This document shows positions 35,123-46,052 of a DNA stretch of 64,000 nucleotides, in pieces. The position numbers were made by a program, and so were the translations under genes. The first letter of the stretch is position 1. Every line of letters starts with the position of its first letter. The notes under the pieces were generated by a model that saw nothing but the letters and a program-made list of their open reading frames with translations, was not told the DNA's origin and made no database searches. The DNA lies in the NCBI GenBank assembly GCA_902523885.1, contig CABZAV010000003.1, positions 11,527 through 75,526 of the forward strand, given 5' to 3'. This DNA is from an uncultured SAR86 cluster bacterium (GTDB lineage Bacteria > Pseudomonadota > Gammaproteobacteria > Magnimaribacterales > AG-339-G14).

Positions 35123-37098
35123 TTTCCTAAGACTTTTTTACAAGTCTCTACAACCTTTTCATTGGTAAAGCCAAAATGCTTAAGCAGATCTTTTAAAGGC
35201 GCAGACTCACCAAAACAATCCAACCCAATTACTTCATCTCCTACATTTAAATATTTATACCAAAAATCTTTTGAGCCCGCTTCGATAGCAATTTTTGGCT
35301 TAGTTCCTAGGACCTGAAGTTTGTACTCTTCAGATTGCGAATCGAATAATTCTGTACACGGAATAGAAACCACTTTTACTTTGATGTCTTCAGCTTGAAG
35401 AAGTTCAGCAGAATTTATGGCTAATTCAACTTCTGAGCCGGTAGCAATAATGACAAGATCTTCGTCTTCTGCTTCTAGTAGAACGTAACCGCCCTTAGCA
35501 ATCAATCCGGAATCGTTTCTATTTTGTGGCGGTAAGTTTTGTCTGGACAGTATTAAAGCGGTTGGCAAATCCTCTGATTCTAGGGCATGCTTCCAAGCAT
35601 AAGCAGTTTCAACTCCATCACAAGGTCTCCAAGTGTTTATTCCAGGCGTGGCTCTTAACATTGATATGTGTTCGACTGGTTGATGAGTTGGACCATCTTC
35701 ACCAACACCTATTGAATCATGGGTGTATACGTAAACTACTGGAAGTTTCATCAACGCAGACATTCTTACTGCATTTCTTGCATAATCAAGAAAAGTTAAA
35801 AAAGTGCCGGCATAAGGTCTGATACCGCCATGTAATATTAAGCCATTCATTATTGCGGACATGCCAAATTCTCTCACTCCATAATTAAGATAATTTCCTG
35901 TGCCATCTGAACTTAGTTGTTCAGCTCCTTTCCATTGAGTATTGTTGGATGGAGTTAGATCAGCAGAGCCGCCTATCAACTCAGGCATGACTGGCCCTAT
36001 ACTATCTAAACAAATTCCTGAACACTTTCTGCTAGCGTAATCCGACTCGTCTGTTTCAAAACTTTTGATTAAATCTGAAATTGTGGATTCAAATTCAACT
36101 GGTAGGTCGCCGGATACAAGTCTCTCAAATTCTTTGGCTTCACTTGGGTGATTTTTTGCATATTCATTTAATTTTTCTAGCCACTGATCTTCGATATTTT
36201 GACCGATGCTTTTATGATCCCAGTCATTGTAAATATCTTCTGGAATGAAAAAAGGCTCATGCGGCCAATTTATGTTTTCTCTTGTGAGAACGATTTCATC
36301 ATCGCCAAGTGCAGCTCCGTGTGCATCCGCTGAGCCTGCCTTGTTTGGTGAGCCTTTGCCTATTTCAGTCTTGCAACAGATCAGAGTTGGTTTATCGGAC
36401 TTCTTAGCTTCTTTCAAAGCTTGATCTATGCTTTCAAAATTATGTCCATCAATTTCTCTGATTACTTTCCATCCATAACTTTCAAATCTACCAGGCGTAT
36501 CATCAGTGAACCAGCCTTCTACTCTGCCATCAATGCTTATTTCATTATCATCATAGAGCATTATGAGTTTGTTGAGTTTTTGAGTGCCTGCAAAAGAACA
36601 TACTTCATGAGAAATGCCTTCCATTAGACAACCGTCGCCACAAAAAACATACGTGTAATGATCAATCAAATCCGTTTCTTTTTTATTGAATTTTTTAGCT
36701 AGAATCTTTTCTGCCATAGCCATTCCAACAGCATTTGCAATGCCTTGTCCTAACGGACCAGTTGTTGTTTCAACACCTGGCGTCACATCGCATTCTGGAT
36801 GTCCTGGGGTTTTAGACCCCAATTGTCGAAAAGCTTTCAATTCAGCCATTGGTAAATCAAAGCCTGTAAGATGCAACAAAGAATAGAGCAGCATCGAGCC
36901 GTGGCCATTCGATAGAACGAATCGATCTCTATCAAACCAGTCTGGATTGTTGGGGTTATATTTTAAGTGTTTTTTCCAAAGAACCTGCGCTATGTCAGCC
37001 ATACCCATGGGCATTCCAGGATGTCCGCATTTAGCAGCTTGAACAGCATCCATGGAAAGAGCTCTTATTGCGTTTGCTAAATCTTGTTGGTTGGCCAT
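35119..37098 (-). CDS. tkt: Transketolase
   Basis: Carries '[14 protein letters not shown]', '[11 protein letters not shown]', '[12 protein letters not shown]' and 'EDGPTHQP'. Confidence 0.95.
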   Translation of the reverse strand: MANQQDLANAIRALSMDAVQAAKCGHPGMPMGMADIAQVLWKKHLKYNPNNPDWFDRDRFVLSNGHGSMLLYSLLHLTGFDLPMAELKAFRQLGSKTPGHPECDVTPGVETTTGPLGQGIANAVGMAMAEKILAKKFNKKETDLIDHYTYVFCGDGCLMEGISHEVCSFAGTQKLNKLIMLYDDNEISIDGRVEGWFTDDTPGRFESYGWKVIREIDGHNFESIDQALKEAKKSDKPTLICCKTEIGKGSPNKAGSADAHGAALGDDEIVLTRENINWPHEPFFIPEDIYNDWDHKSIGQNIEDQWLEKLNEYAKNHPSEAKEFERLVSGDLPVEFESTISDLIKSFETDESDYASRKCSGICLDSIGPVMPELIGGSADLTPSNNTQWKGAEQLSSDGTGNYLNYGVREFGMSAIMNGLILHGGIRPYAGTFLTFLDYARNAVRMSALMKLPVVYVYTHDSIGVGEDGPTHQPVEHISMLRATPGINTWRPCDGVETAYAWKHALESEDLPTALILSRQNLPPQNRNDSGLIAKGGYVLLEAEDEDLVIIATGSEVELAINSAELLQAEDIKVKVVSIPCTELFDSQSEEYKLQVLGTKPKIAIEAGSKDFWYKYLNVGDEVIGLDCFGESAPLKDLLKHFGFTNEKVVETCKKVLGK

Positions 37099-37173
37099 GA
37101 ATTTTTTTGCCTATTTTCTACTATTTCTTATTCACTTCATAGTAGAATTCAATCCGTTTAAAAAAATTAGATC

Positions 37174-38334
37174 ATGTCCGAATACAAAACTTTTACTTCC
37201 GAATCCGTTTCTGAAGGACACCCTGATAAAATGTCAGATCAGATTTCAGATGCCATTTTGGATGCTTTTTTAAAAGATGATCCTGAGTCAAGAGTCGCTT
37301 GTGAAACCCTTGTAAAAACTGACTTAGTAGTTATTGCTGGAGAAATAACCTCCAATGCGGAGCCCAATTTAGAAGAAGTCGTTAGAAAAGTTATAAATGA
37401 TATTGGTTATGACAATGACGAAGTCGGGTTTAACGGATCAAAAGTAGAAATAGTTAACGCAATTGGTATGCAATCAAATGATATTGCTCAAGGCATTGAT
37501 GAAGGGACTGGTACCGACGAAAGTCAAGGTGCTGGAGATCAAGGGTTAATGTTTGGTTATGCCAACAACGAAACAAGTGTTTTGATGCCTGCACCTATTA
37601 CTTACTCACATCTTTTGGTAAAAAAACAAGCTGAAGTAAGAAAATCTGGATTATTGCCTTGGCTGCGTCCAGATGCTAAAAGTCAGTTAAGTTTTGTTTA
37701 TGATGAATTGGGCAGACCAAAATATATTTCTGCAATAGTTTTGTCTTCACAACATAGCCCTGAAATTTCCCAAAAAGATCTGGAAGAAGGAATCAGAGAA
37801 GAAATTATCAATAAAACTATCCCTTCTGAATGGATAACTGACAAAACTAAAATTTATATAAATCCAACAGGCAGATTTGTCATCGGTGGACCAGTTGGAG
37901 ATTGTGGTTTGACGGGTAGAAAAATTATTGTCGATACTTACGGCGGTATGGCGCGTCATGGAGGCGGAGCATTCTCTGGAAAAGATCCTTCAAAAGTAGA
38001 TAGATCAGCTGCTTATGCAGGACGTTATGTTGCTAAAAATATAGTGGCAGCAAATTTAGCGGAAAAATGTGAAATCCAAGTCTCCTATGCAATTGGAGTT
38101 GCCGAACCCACTTCGATCAGTATTAATACTTTTGGAACTGGAAACGTATCCGATGAAGAGATTGCAAATATTGTCAGTGACAATTTTGAACTTAAACCAA
38201 AAGAATTAATCCAAATGTTGGATTTAAAAAAACCTATTTATCAAAATACTGCGGCGTATGGTCACTTTGGTAGGGAAGATGTCGATTTCTCTTGGGAAAA
38301 AACAGACAAATCAAGTACGATTAATAAAAGTTAA
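37174..38334 (+). CDS. metK: S-adenosylmethionine synthase
   Basis: Carries '[19 protein letters not shown]', '[12 protein letters not shown]' and '[16 protein letters not shown]'. Confidence 0.97.
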   Translation: MSEYKTFTSESVSEGHPDKMSDQISDAILDAFLKDDPESRVACETLVKTDLVVIAGEITSNAEPNLEEVVRKVINDIGYDNDEVGFNGSKVEIVNAIGMQSNDIAQGIDEGTGTDESQGAGDQGLMFGYANNETSVLMPAPITYSHLLVKKQAEVRKSGLLPWLRPDAKSQLSFVYDELGRPKYISAIVLSSQHSPEISQKDLEEGIREEIINKTIPSEWITDKTKIYINPTGRFVIGGPVGDCGLTGRKIIVDTYGGMARHGGGAFSGKDPSKVDRSAAYAGRYVAKNIVAANLAEKCEIQVSYAIGVAEPTSISINTFGTGNVSDEEIANIVSDNFELKPKELIQMLDLKKPIYQNTAAYGHFGREDVDFSWEKTDKSSTINKS

Positions 38335-38343
38335 AGGAAAATT

Positions 38344-39717
38344 ATGGATTTTAAAGACTACAAAGTAGCGGATATCTCTTTAGCAGAATTTGGAAGAAAA
38401 GAGATTGCTTTAGCAGAATCTGAAATGCCTGCACTGATGAAATTGAGAGAGAAATATGGTTCTTCTCAACCTCTAGCAGGAGCCAAAATTATGGGGTGCA
38501 TACACATGACAGTCCAGACCGCTGTTTTGATAGAAACTTTGGTGGCATTGGGCGCTTATGTTCGTTGGTCTTCATGTAATATCTTTTCAACTCAAGATCA
38601 TGCTGCTGCTGCAATTGCAGCTGCTGGTATCCCAGTTTTTGCATGGAAAGGAATGAACGATGAAGAATTTGATTGGTGTATTGAACAAACTATTTTATCA
38701 GATGGCTCGCCCTGGGATGCAAACATGATTCTTGATGACGGAGGTGATTTAACTTCTATGGTTCACACAAAATTTCCTGAAATGTTAGCTAATATTCATG
38801 GTATCTCCGAAGAGACCACAACAGGTGTTCACAGGTTGTGGGAAATGTTAGAAAAAGGAGAATTAAAAGTTCCAGCGATCAACGTAAATGATTCCGTTAC
38901 TAAATCTAAAAATGATAATAAATATGGCTGTCGTCATAGTCTAAATGACGCTATCAAAAGAGGAACCGATATTCTTATGGCTGGAAGAAAGGCTTTAGTG
39001 GTTGGTTACGGCGATGTGGGTAAAGGCTCAGCCATGAGCTTAAAACAGGAAGGAATGATTGTAAGAATTACTGAAATAGACCCTATATGTGCAATGCAAG
39101 CTTGCATGGACGGCTTTGAAGTAGTTTCTCCTTATATTAATGGAGAAAATAAAGGCAATGACGAATGCATTAATAAAACACTTTTAGAAGATACGGATTT
39201 GATTGTTACGACAACCGGAAATATAAATGTTTGTGACAAATTTATTTTAAATAATCTGAAAGCAGGCTCAACCGTTTGTAATATTGGTCATTTCGATAAT
39301 GAGATTGACACACAATACATGCGAGATAATTGGCAATGGGAAGAGGTTAAGCCTCAAGTTCACAAAGTCTCTAGATCAGATAAAGCTGGAGATTACTTGA
39401 TCCTTTTAGCTGAAGGAAGATTGGTTAATCTGGGGAATGCTACGGGTCACCCTTCTAGAATAATGGATGGTTCATTTGCTAATCAGGTGTTAGCTCAGAT
39501 GTTTCTTTATAAACAAGCATTTGCAACTATTAACGATGAGGAAACAAAAAAAGAATTATTAAAAATAGAAATCTTGCCAATGGAACTCGATGAAGAAGTC
39601 GCCTCTTATATGGTAGAGGGATTTGGAGGAGTTGTTACGAAACTAACTAAAGATCAAGCCAAATATATCAATGTAAAAGTTGAGGGCCCTTTTAAACCAG
39701 AGAGCTACAAATATTAA
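38344..39717 (+). CDS. ahcY: Adenosylhomocysteinase
   Basis: Carries '[21 protein letters not shown]', '[10 protein letters not shown]' and '[10 protein letters not shown]'. Confidence 0.95.
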   Translation: MDFKDYKVADISLAEFGRKEIALAESEMPALMKLREKYGSSQPLAGAKIMGCIHMTVQTAVLIETLVALGAYVRWSSCNIFSTQDHAAAAIAAAGIPVFAWKGMNDEEFDWCIEQTILSDGSPWDANMILDDGGDLTSMVHTKFPEMLANIHGISEETTTGVHRLWEMLEKGELKVPAINVNDSVTKSKNDNKYGCRHSLNDAIKRGTDILMAGRKALVVGYGDVGKGSAMSLKQEGMIVRITEIDPICAMQACMDGFEVVSPYINGENKGNDECINKTLLEDTDLIVTTTGNINVCDKFILNNLKAGSTVCNIGHFDNEIDTQYMRDNWQWEEVKPQVHKVSRSDKAGDYLILLAEGRLVNLGNATGHPSRIMDGSFANQVLAQMFLYKQAFATINDEETKKELLKIEILPMELDEEVASYMVEGFGGVVTKLTKDQAKYINVKVEGPFKPESYKY

Positions 39718-41102
39718 TGGCAAAAAAAAATACTAGCTGGGGTGGCCGTTTTAAAAAACATACAGCAAAAAAAGCTCAAGAATTTTCTTCATCCATAGAC
39801 ATCGACAACAAACTTTATAAAGAAGACATTCTTGGTTCGATTGCTTATGCAGAAGCCTTGCAAAATGCCGGAGTTCTCAATAAAAGCGAACTATCAAAAA
39901 TTAAATCCGGACTGAAGCAAATAAAACAGAAAATTGAATCCGGTAAATTTAATTGGCAAGAGGCTCTTGAAGACGTTCACATGAATATTGAATCTTCTCT
40001 AGAGAAGATAATTGGCTCTACTGCAAAAAAACTCCACACAGGCAGATCTCGAAACGATCAAGTGGTGACAGATCTAAAGCTTTATCTTTTGGGAAAATCA
40101 AAAGATATACAAATCTGTCTCACAGATCTTTTAGAAATAATCGTTTTGAAAGCTGAATCAGAGGTAGAAACTTTAATGCCTGGTTTTACTCACATGCAAA
40201 TAGCTCAGCCCATAACTCTCGGTCATCACCTAATGGCTTGGTATGAGATGTTATCTAGAGATCTAGACAGATTTAAAGAATGTGAAAGTCGCTTAAAGAT
40301 AAGTCCCTTAGGTTCTGGCGCATTAGCAGGAAATAAATTTAAGATAAACAGAAAAAAGTTGGCTAAATCTTTAGGTTTCACAGAAGTTACCAATAATTCT
40401 ATAGATGCCGTTAGTGATCGTGATTATGTTATAGAAATGATGTTTAACATTAGTCTAATGGGGGTACATCTATCTAGAATTGCAGAAGAATTGATTATTT
40501 GGTCCTCTTCGCAATTTGATTATGTCGACCTACCCGAAGAATTATGTACTGGATCTTCAATAATGCCCCAGAAAAAAAATCCTGATATGGCGGAATTAGT
40601 AAGAGGCAGATCAAGCAAAACGATTGGTAATTTGGTTTCTCTTCTGAGTTTGATTAAAAATCAGCCACTTTCTTACAATAGAGACAACCAAGAGGATAAA
40701 GGACCTCTTTTTGACTCCATCGACTACGCTCTGGGGTCACTAGATATCACAGCGGCAATGGTTGCAGGAGCTGAATTTAATAGAGACTCAATGTTGACTG
40801 ATGTATATGACGGTCATATTTGTGCTACTGATTTAGCTGAGTATTTAGTGATGAAGGGTATACCTTTTAGAGATGCCCATGCCATATCAGGAAAAGCCGT
40901 TCAACTGGCAGAATCAAAAGATTTTTTATTATCTGAGTTATCATTAAAAGAATTAAAAAAATTAAATACATTAATTGAGAAAGATGTTTTTAAACACTTG
41001 GACCCTTTGAAGTCAATTTCTTCAAAAAGCAGTATTGGTGGAACAGCTCCAAGTCAAGTTTCAAAACAAATAATTCAAGCTAAAAGTAAATTAAAAATTT
41101 AA
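39717..41102 (+). CDS. argH: Argininosuccinate lyase
   Basis: Carries 'WGGRF', 'TGRSRNDQV' and 'GSSIMPQKKNPD'. Confidence 0.95.
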   Translation: MAKKNTSWGGRFKKHTAKKAQEFSSSIDIDNKLYKEDILGSIAYAEALQNAGVLNKSELSKIKSGLKQIKQKIESGKFNWQEALEDVHMNIESSLEKIIGSTAKKLHTGRSRNDQVVTDLKLYLLGKSKDIQICLTDLLEIIVLKAESEVETLMPGFTHMQIAQPITLGHHLMAWYEMLSRDLDRFKECESRLKISPLGSGALAGNKFKINRKKLAKSLGFTEVTNNSIDAVSDRDYVIEMMFNISLMGVHLSRIAEELIIWSSSQFDYVDLPEELCTGSSIMPQKKNPDMAELVRGRSSKTIGNLVSLLSLIKNQPLSYNRDNQEDKGPLFDSIDYALGSLDITAAMVAGAEFNRDSMLTDVYDGHICATDLAEYLVMKGIPFRDAHAISGKAVQLAESKDFLLSELSLKELKKLNTLIEKDVFKHLDPLKSISSKSSIGGTAPSQVSKQIIQAKSKLKI

Positions 41103-41129
41103 AAGAGTTTCAAATTTTAGGAGAACATT

Positions 41130-42224
41130 ATGAAATCTTTATTTAAACCAATAACAATCAATAAACTAGAGGTGCCCAATAGGATTGCGATGGCTCCGAT
41201 GACTCGCATGATGTCTCCAGATGGCATACCTGGAGAAAATGTTAAAGATTATTACCAAAGACGTGCTGCAGGAGAGGTGGGCTTGATAATTACCGAGGGT
41301 GTTGAAGTCAGTCACCCGTCATCAAGTGGTTACCCAAATGTACCTGGATTTCAGGATAAAGCAGATGAAGGTTGGAAAAAAGTAATTGAAGTAGTGCAGG
41401 CCGAAGGTTCAAAAATTTTTCCACAACTTTGGCATGTCGGTGCTATGAGAAAAGAAGGCATGGCTCCAGATCCAAAAGTGCCCGGTTACACCCCATCTGG
41501 TTTGGTTAATACCAACAAACAAGCTGCTCATGCAATGACAGCTGATGAGGTTGAAATGTTGATTGAGTGTTTCGTCAAAGATATTTTAAAAATCAAAGAT
41601 CTTGGCTTTGATGGTGTTGAATTGCATGGTGCGCATGGTTATCTGATTGATAATTTCTTCTGGGAAGGCACCAATCAAAGAGATGATACTTACGGAGGCG
41701 AAATCGACAAACGAACAAAATTTGCTTGTGAAATTATCAAAAGAGCGAGAAAAGAAATAGGAAGAGATTTCCCAATTGCAATTAGATTTTCTCAGTGGAA
41801 GCAACAAGACTACGAAGCAAAATTGGCACACACCCCGGATGAATTAGAAAAATTTCTCATGCCTCTTGTTGATGCCGGCGTCGATGTTTTTCATGCAAGC
41901 AATAGAAGATACTGGGAACCTGAATTTGAAGGTTCGGACCTTAATCTAGCGGGTTGGACAAAGAAGATTTCCGGCCTACCGACGATCACCGTAGGAAGTG
42001 TCGGCTTAAAATCAGATTTTATTGGTCTATATGCGGGTGAGGATGCAGTAGAAAGTGCGCCGATAGATGAGCTCGTCAGCAGGTTAGATGCCGAAGAATT
42101 TGACATGGTCGCCGTCGGTCGAGCTCTGTTGTCAGACCCTGACTGGGTTAAAAAAATTAGAGAAGAACGCTTTGATGAAATAATTCCTTTTGAAAGTAAA
42201 TATGCTCAGTCTGTTTATTATTAA
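41130..42224 (+). CDS. NADH:flavin oxidoreductase, Old Yellow Enzyme family
   Basis: Carries 'NRIAMAPMTR' and 'GFDGVELHGAHGYLIDNF'. 364 aa. Confidence 0.85.
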   Translation: MKSLFKPITINKLEVPNRIAMAPMTRMMSPDGIPGENVKDYYQRRAAGEVGLIITEGVEVSHPSSSGYPNVPGFQDKADEGWKKVIEVVQAEGSKIFPQLWHVGAMRKEGMAPDPKVPGYTPSGLVNTNKQAAHAMTADEVEMLIECFVKDILKIKDLGFDGVELHGAHGYLIDNFFWEGTNQRDDTYGGEIDKRTKFACEIIKRARKEIGRDFPIAIRFSQWKQQDYEAKLAHTPDELEKFLMPLVDAGVDVFHASNRRYWEPEFEGSDLNLAGWTKKISGLPTITVGSVGLKSDFIGLYAGEDAVESAPIDELVSRLDAEEFDMVAVGRALLSDPDWVKKIREERFDEIIPFESKYAQSVYY

Positions 42225-42355
42225 CTGAATTGAAAAAAACTTCTAAAAAATCTAAAAAAGTAAGAACAAAATCCAAGCAAGAAAAGTCTAAACACGACTT
42301 TGATCCTATACAATATGAGAAACCGCCTCATCATTGAATAGAGAGGATTTTAAAA

Positions 42356-42469
42356 ATGAAAAAAATAGCTGTATTTACTTTTCTCGTTCTAATATCTTTC
42401 TCCGCTTGCGGTGTAAAAGGACCTTTGTCATTACCAACAGAAAACTTTATCAACCATGAGACCAGATAA
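42356..42469 (+). CDS. lptM: Small lipoprotein LptM/YifL (37 aa; not in ORF track)
   Basis: My translation is MKKIAVFTFLVLISFSACGVKGPLSLPTENFINHETR. It has the lipobox 'FSAC', the YifL-type 'CG.KGPL..P' core and the SD-like 'gagagga' at 42341-42347. It sits immediately upstream of lysA-dapF, as yifL does in enterobacteria, and overlaps the lysA start by 14 nt. Confidence 0.65.
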   Translation: MKKIAVFTFLVLISFSACGVKGPLSLPTENFINHETR

Positions 42470-43676
42470 TTTCACTTTTAGAGAAGGAAAATTATTCCTT
42501 GAAGATGTTTCAATTGAGGAAATAACAAGAGAAATTCCTACTCCTTTTTATCTATATTCAAAAGCTAGCTTAGATGCCTCGAGCAAAGCTTACATGTCAA
42601 ATATGGATTCTTCTGACCTGGTTTGTTACTCGGTGAAAGCTAACAACAATCTAAATATATTAAGAAATTTTGTAGATAAAGGATTGGGGTTTGATGTTGT
42701 TTCCGGTGGAGAGTTACAAAAGGTAATTAAGGCAGGGGCTAATCCAAAAAAAATTGTCTTTTCAGGGGTTGGCAAAACTAGGGCGGAGTTAAAATTAGCT
42801 GCTGACTTAAACATTTACTCTATAAATGTGGAATCTGCTTTTGAATTGAAAAACATAATTGATTTAAATAAAAGTCCTAGGATTTCTTTTCGAATCAATC
42901 CAGATATGGAAGGCGACACTCATCCCTATATTGAAACAGGGAGGGCAGATTGCAAATTTGGTATGTCAGAGGAAGAAGCATTGCTTTTAGCAAAACAATT
43001 TTCAAAGGAACAAATTAATTTGGTTGGATTGACAGCTCATATTGGCTCGCAAATAACTGATACAGAACTCTATTTAGAGCTATTGGCAAAATTGCAAGGC
43101 CTTGCAAGTAAAATGGAGGCTCTGGGTCACCCTATTGATCATTTAGACGTTGGCGGTGGGTTGGCAATTGATTACGAAATGCAAACTAATTTTGATCCCT
43201 CAGAACTTGTTAAAAAAATTAAAAATAAAGCAGGAAAATATGATCTTCTTTTAGAACCGGGAAGATCAATGATTGCTCAGGCTGGAGCACTCATCACTAA
43301 AGTAATAGGTATTAAAGAAAATGGTCAAAGAAAATTTATAGTTGTTGATGCAGGCATGAACGATCTCATGCGCCCTTCTCTTTATAATGCCAGACACAAA
43401 ATAGAAAATATTTCTTCCAGTGAAAATGAAGATGATATCTTCTCCATAGTCGGTCCGGTGTGTGAAACCGCTGATTCTTTTGGGGACGATTTTTCTATCT
43501 CAGCTAAAGAAGCCGATCATCTAGTTATATATTCCTCTGGTGCATACGGATCGAGCATGAGTTCGAATTATAATTTGCGCCTAAAGCCGGCAGAAATATT
43601 AGTTTCAGGAACTAACTTTTCTGAGATAAGAAAAGCGGAGAGTTTTGAGGATACTTTACAATTAGAGGATATTTGA
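42456..43676 (+). CDS. lysA: Diaminopimelate decarboxylase
   Basis: Carries 'CYSVKAN' (PLP Lys), 'HIGSQ', 'GGGL', 'EPGRS' and 'GAYG.SMSSNYN'. Confidence 0.95.
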   Translation: MRPDNFTFREGKLFLEDVSIEEITREIPTPFYLYSKASLDASSKAYMSNMDSSDLVCYSVKANNNLNILRNFVDKGLGFDVVSGGELQKVIKAGANPKKIVFSGVGKTRAELKLAADLNIYSINVESAFELKNIIDLNKSPRISFRINPDMEGDTHPYIETGRADCKFGMSEEEALLLAKQFSKEQINLVGLTAHIGSQITDTELYLELLAKLQGLASKMEALGHPIDHLDVGGGLAIDYEMQTNFDPSELVKKIKNKAGKYDLLLEPGRSMIAQAGALITKVIGIKENGQRKFIVVDAGMNDLMRPSLYNARHKIENISSSENEDDIFSIVGPVCETADSFGDDFSISAKEADHLVIYSSGAYGSSMSSNYNLRLKPAEILVSGTNFSEIRKAESFEDTLQLEDI

Positions 43677-44495
43677 ATGTTGGTAGTTCAATATATGGAG
43701 TCTCTAGGAAATGACTTCGTTGTTATCGATGGGGTTACTCAATTCTTCGAACCAAGTTCTAAAGAAATTTCCAAAGTATTGAATTTTGATCATGACTTTT
43801 CGATCGATCAAATTATGCTCATCTTACCTCCTAGTAATAGTAAATTTGATTTTCAAATTAAAATTTTCAATCAAGATGGAAGTGAGGCAGAAAACTGTGT
43901 AAATGGTATTCGCTGCATATCTAAATATATTTTTGATCAAAAATTAGTTTTTTCTGATCAAATAAATTTTATGGTTGGAAACGATCTTGTCATTGTTTCC
44001 AATACGAAAAAAAATCAATTGAAAGTTGATATGTTCAACATTAGTTTTGAATCTGAAGATATTGGAATCAAAAATGACGACATTAATTCTTTTAGTTTTA
44101 ATGACAAAGAAATATTTTTTGACGCGGTTTCCGTGGGCAATCCTCATGCAGTAATTTTCAATTACGATAAAGAGCTCAATGTGCCAGAAGTTGGGGCGGC
44201 GTTACAGAAAAGTGGAATTTTTAAAGACGGTGTCAATGTAGGCTTTGCCAACAGCATAAATGATTCTGAAATAAACCTGAGAGTTGTCGAAAGAGGTGTT
44301 GGCGAAACCCAAGCTTGTGGAAGTGGTGCTTGTGCTGCTGCGATAATTGGGCGAAAAACAAGGAATTTGAGTCATAAAATCAAAGTAAATTTCAACGAAG
44401 GATTTTTAGAAACCGAAACGGATTTATCTTCTGGAAAAGTTTCTCTAACCGGCACTGCGAACTACAGAGCAAAAGCGGTAACATTGAATATATGA
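43677..44495 (+). CDS. dapF: Diaminopimelate epimerase
   Basis: Carries 'GNDFVVIDG', 'SVGNPHAV' and 'ACGSGACAAA', which holds the catalytic Cys. Confidence 0.9.
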   Translation: MLVVQYMESLGNDFVVIDGVTQFFEPSSKEISKVLNFDHDFSIDQIMLILPPSNSKFDFQIKIFNQDGSEAENCVNGIRCISKYIFDQKLVFSDQINFMVGNDLVIVSNTKKNQLKVDMFNISFESEDIGIKNDDINSFSFNDKEIFFDAVSVGNPHAVIFNYDKELNVPEVGAALQKSGIFKDGVNVGFANSINDSEINLRVVERGVGETQACGSGACAAAIIGRKTRNLSHKIKVNFNEGFLETETDLSSGKVSLTGTANYRAKAVTLNI

Positions 44496-45178
44496 GTATC
44501 TTTGGTAAAAAAATATCTGAAAGTGAAGTTGTTAAATATTTAAGCGAAAACCCAGACTTTTTTTTAAAGAATCCAGATTCTTTAGAAGACTTAGACATAA
44601 AGCACGAAAGCGGCGAGGCTGTGTCTTTGATTGAAAAACAAGTTGAAATAATCAAAAAGAAAAGTTTGCATACAAATTCTAAGTTAAGTGAATTTCTGAC
44701 AAACGCTGAATTTAATCAAAAATTATTTATCAAAGTTCAAAAATTAATTTTGGTAATTCTTAAAGCAAAGAACTTAGACAATCTTAGCGATCAAGTTGAG
44801 TTATTTTTTAAAAAAGAATTTGGTACAGAAAAATGTAAGTTATTTTTTTTCACCCAGGAAGAGCTTTATAATTTATCTGCGGAGAAAATAATCTCTCCAG
44901 AAATAGCTACTCCTATTTTTTCAAAGGTATTCAAAGAAAATACGATTTATTTGGGAGGCTTAAAGTCTGAACTTTCGGCATTGGTTTTTGGAAGCAAAGC
45001 AATGGTTGAAGAAGGCGCAATTTGTAAGTTTTCTTCCGATAAAATTGCAGGTACTTTAGCTCTGGGAAGTACGAAAAAAGGTAAATTTACTGAAGACAGT
45101 GAAACTTTATTCTTAGAATTTGTATTAGTTGTTTTGAGCCATCAGATTGACTCTCTTTTAGGTGAGATTGATGCATAA
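44492..45178 (+). CDS. yigA: DUF484 (YigA) family protein
   Basis: Carries 'YLSENPDFF..NPD.L' followed by 'AVSLIEKQV', and has the conserved position between dapF and xerC. Confidence 0.7.
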   Translation: MSIFGKKISESEVVKYLSENPDFFLKNPDSLEDLDIKHESGEAVSLIEKQVEIIKKKSLHTNSKLSEFLTNAEFNQKLFIKVQKLILVILKAKNLDNLSDQVELFFKKEFGTEKCKLFFFTQEELYNLSAEKIISPEIATPIFSKVFKENTIYLGGLKSELSALVFGSKAMVEEGAICKFSSDKIAGTLALGSTKKGKFTEDSETLFLEFVLVVLSHQIDSLLGEIDA

Positions 45179-46052
45179 AGATATTAGAAACTTTTTAAAT
45201 TATCTTAAGAATGCCAAAAACTACTCTGACCATACTATAAAAAGCTATGAAAATGACTTGCTTAAATTTGATAATTTCCTTGCTGAAAAAAAATTTTCCT
45301 CTTGGTCGGATTTAAAACAAGCGGATATCAGAAACTTCATTGGGGCCTACAGACGTCAAGGACTAAGCCCAAGAAGTGTTGCTAGGATCTTATCTTCATT
45401 AAGAAGCTTCTATAAGTATTTAAGCCTTGAGGGTTTAACAAAAGAAAACCCCATACTTGGTATCTCTGCGCCTAAATTGAATTCACTTTTACCAAAAGCT
45501 TTGGATACAGATATGGTAAAAAAATTGTTGCAATTCGAACCCAAAACTTGGGGCGACTACAGAGACAAAGCTATTGCTGAATTATTGTATTCTTCTGGTT
45601 TGAGGCTTTCTGAATTATGTCAGTTGGATATGAACGATCTTTCCATAGAAGGTCAAATGTGCAGAGTCTTAGGAAAAGGGCAAAAAGAAAGAGAAGTCCC
45701 AATCGGTTCAAAAGCTATAGAAGCTATCAAAATTTGGTTCAAACATCGTGATACTCGAGTTGAGAACAAAGAGAGAGCAATATTTATTAATAATTTAGGA
45801 AAGAGGCTAAGTCAAAGGTCAGTGCAAAATGGCTTGAAAAAAATGAGTAGCAAGATGGGGTTGCCATATATTCATCCCCACATGCTGAGACATTCTTTTG
45901 CCTCTCATATTCTGGAATCAAGTGGTGATTTAAGAGCTGTACAAGAACTTCTTGGCCATGCTAATTTATCCACTACCCAAATTTATACAAAATTAGATTT
46001 TCAGCATTTGGCTAAGGTTTATGACAAAAGCCATCCTCATGCCAAAAAATAA
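45162..46052 (+). CDS. xerC: Tyrosine recombinase XerC (chromosome dimer resolution)
   Basis: Carries 'SDHTIKSYENDL', 'GLRLSEL', 'HPHMLRHSFASHIL' and 'LGHANLSTTQIYT'. It sits in the dapF-yigA-xerC-yigB context, so it is a core gene and not an MGE integrase. Confidence 0.9.
   Translation: MRLMHKDIRNFLNYLKNAKNYSDHTIKSYENDLLKFDNFLAEKKFSSWSDLKQADIRNFIGAYRRQGLSPRSVARILSSLRSFYKYLSLEGLTKENPILGISAPKLNSLLPKALDTDMVKKLLQFEPKTWGDYRDKAIAELLYSSGLRLSELCQLDMNDLSIEGQMCRVLGKGQKEREVPIGSKAIEAIKIWFKHRDTRVENKERAIFINNLGKRLSQRSVQNGLKKMSSKMGLPYIHPHMLRHSFASHILESSGDLRAVQELLGHANLSTTQIYTKLDFQHLAKVYDKSHPHAKK

Noticed and set aside
37099-37173. The leader of metK, examined for a SAM riboswitch.
   Set aside because: The 75-nt, nearly pure A/T region shared with divergent tkt has no conserved helices or SAM-box-like GC-rich elements that I could see. 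I cannot exclude one without running a covariance model.
45162-46052. A tyrosine recombinase, considered as a possible mobile-element integrase marking an island.
   Set aside because: It sits in the canonical lptM-lysA-dapF-yigA-xerC-yigB core arrangement and has XerC-type motifs. It is 9 kb away from the accessory block, with core genes in between.
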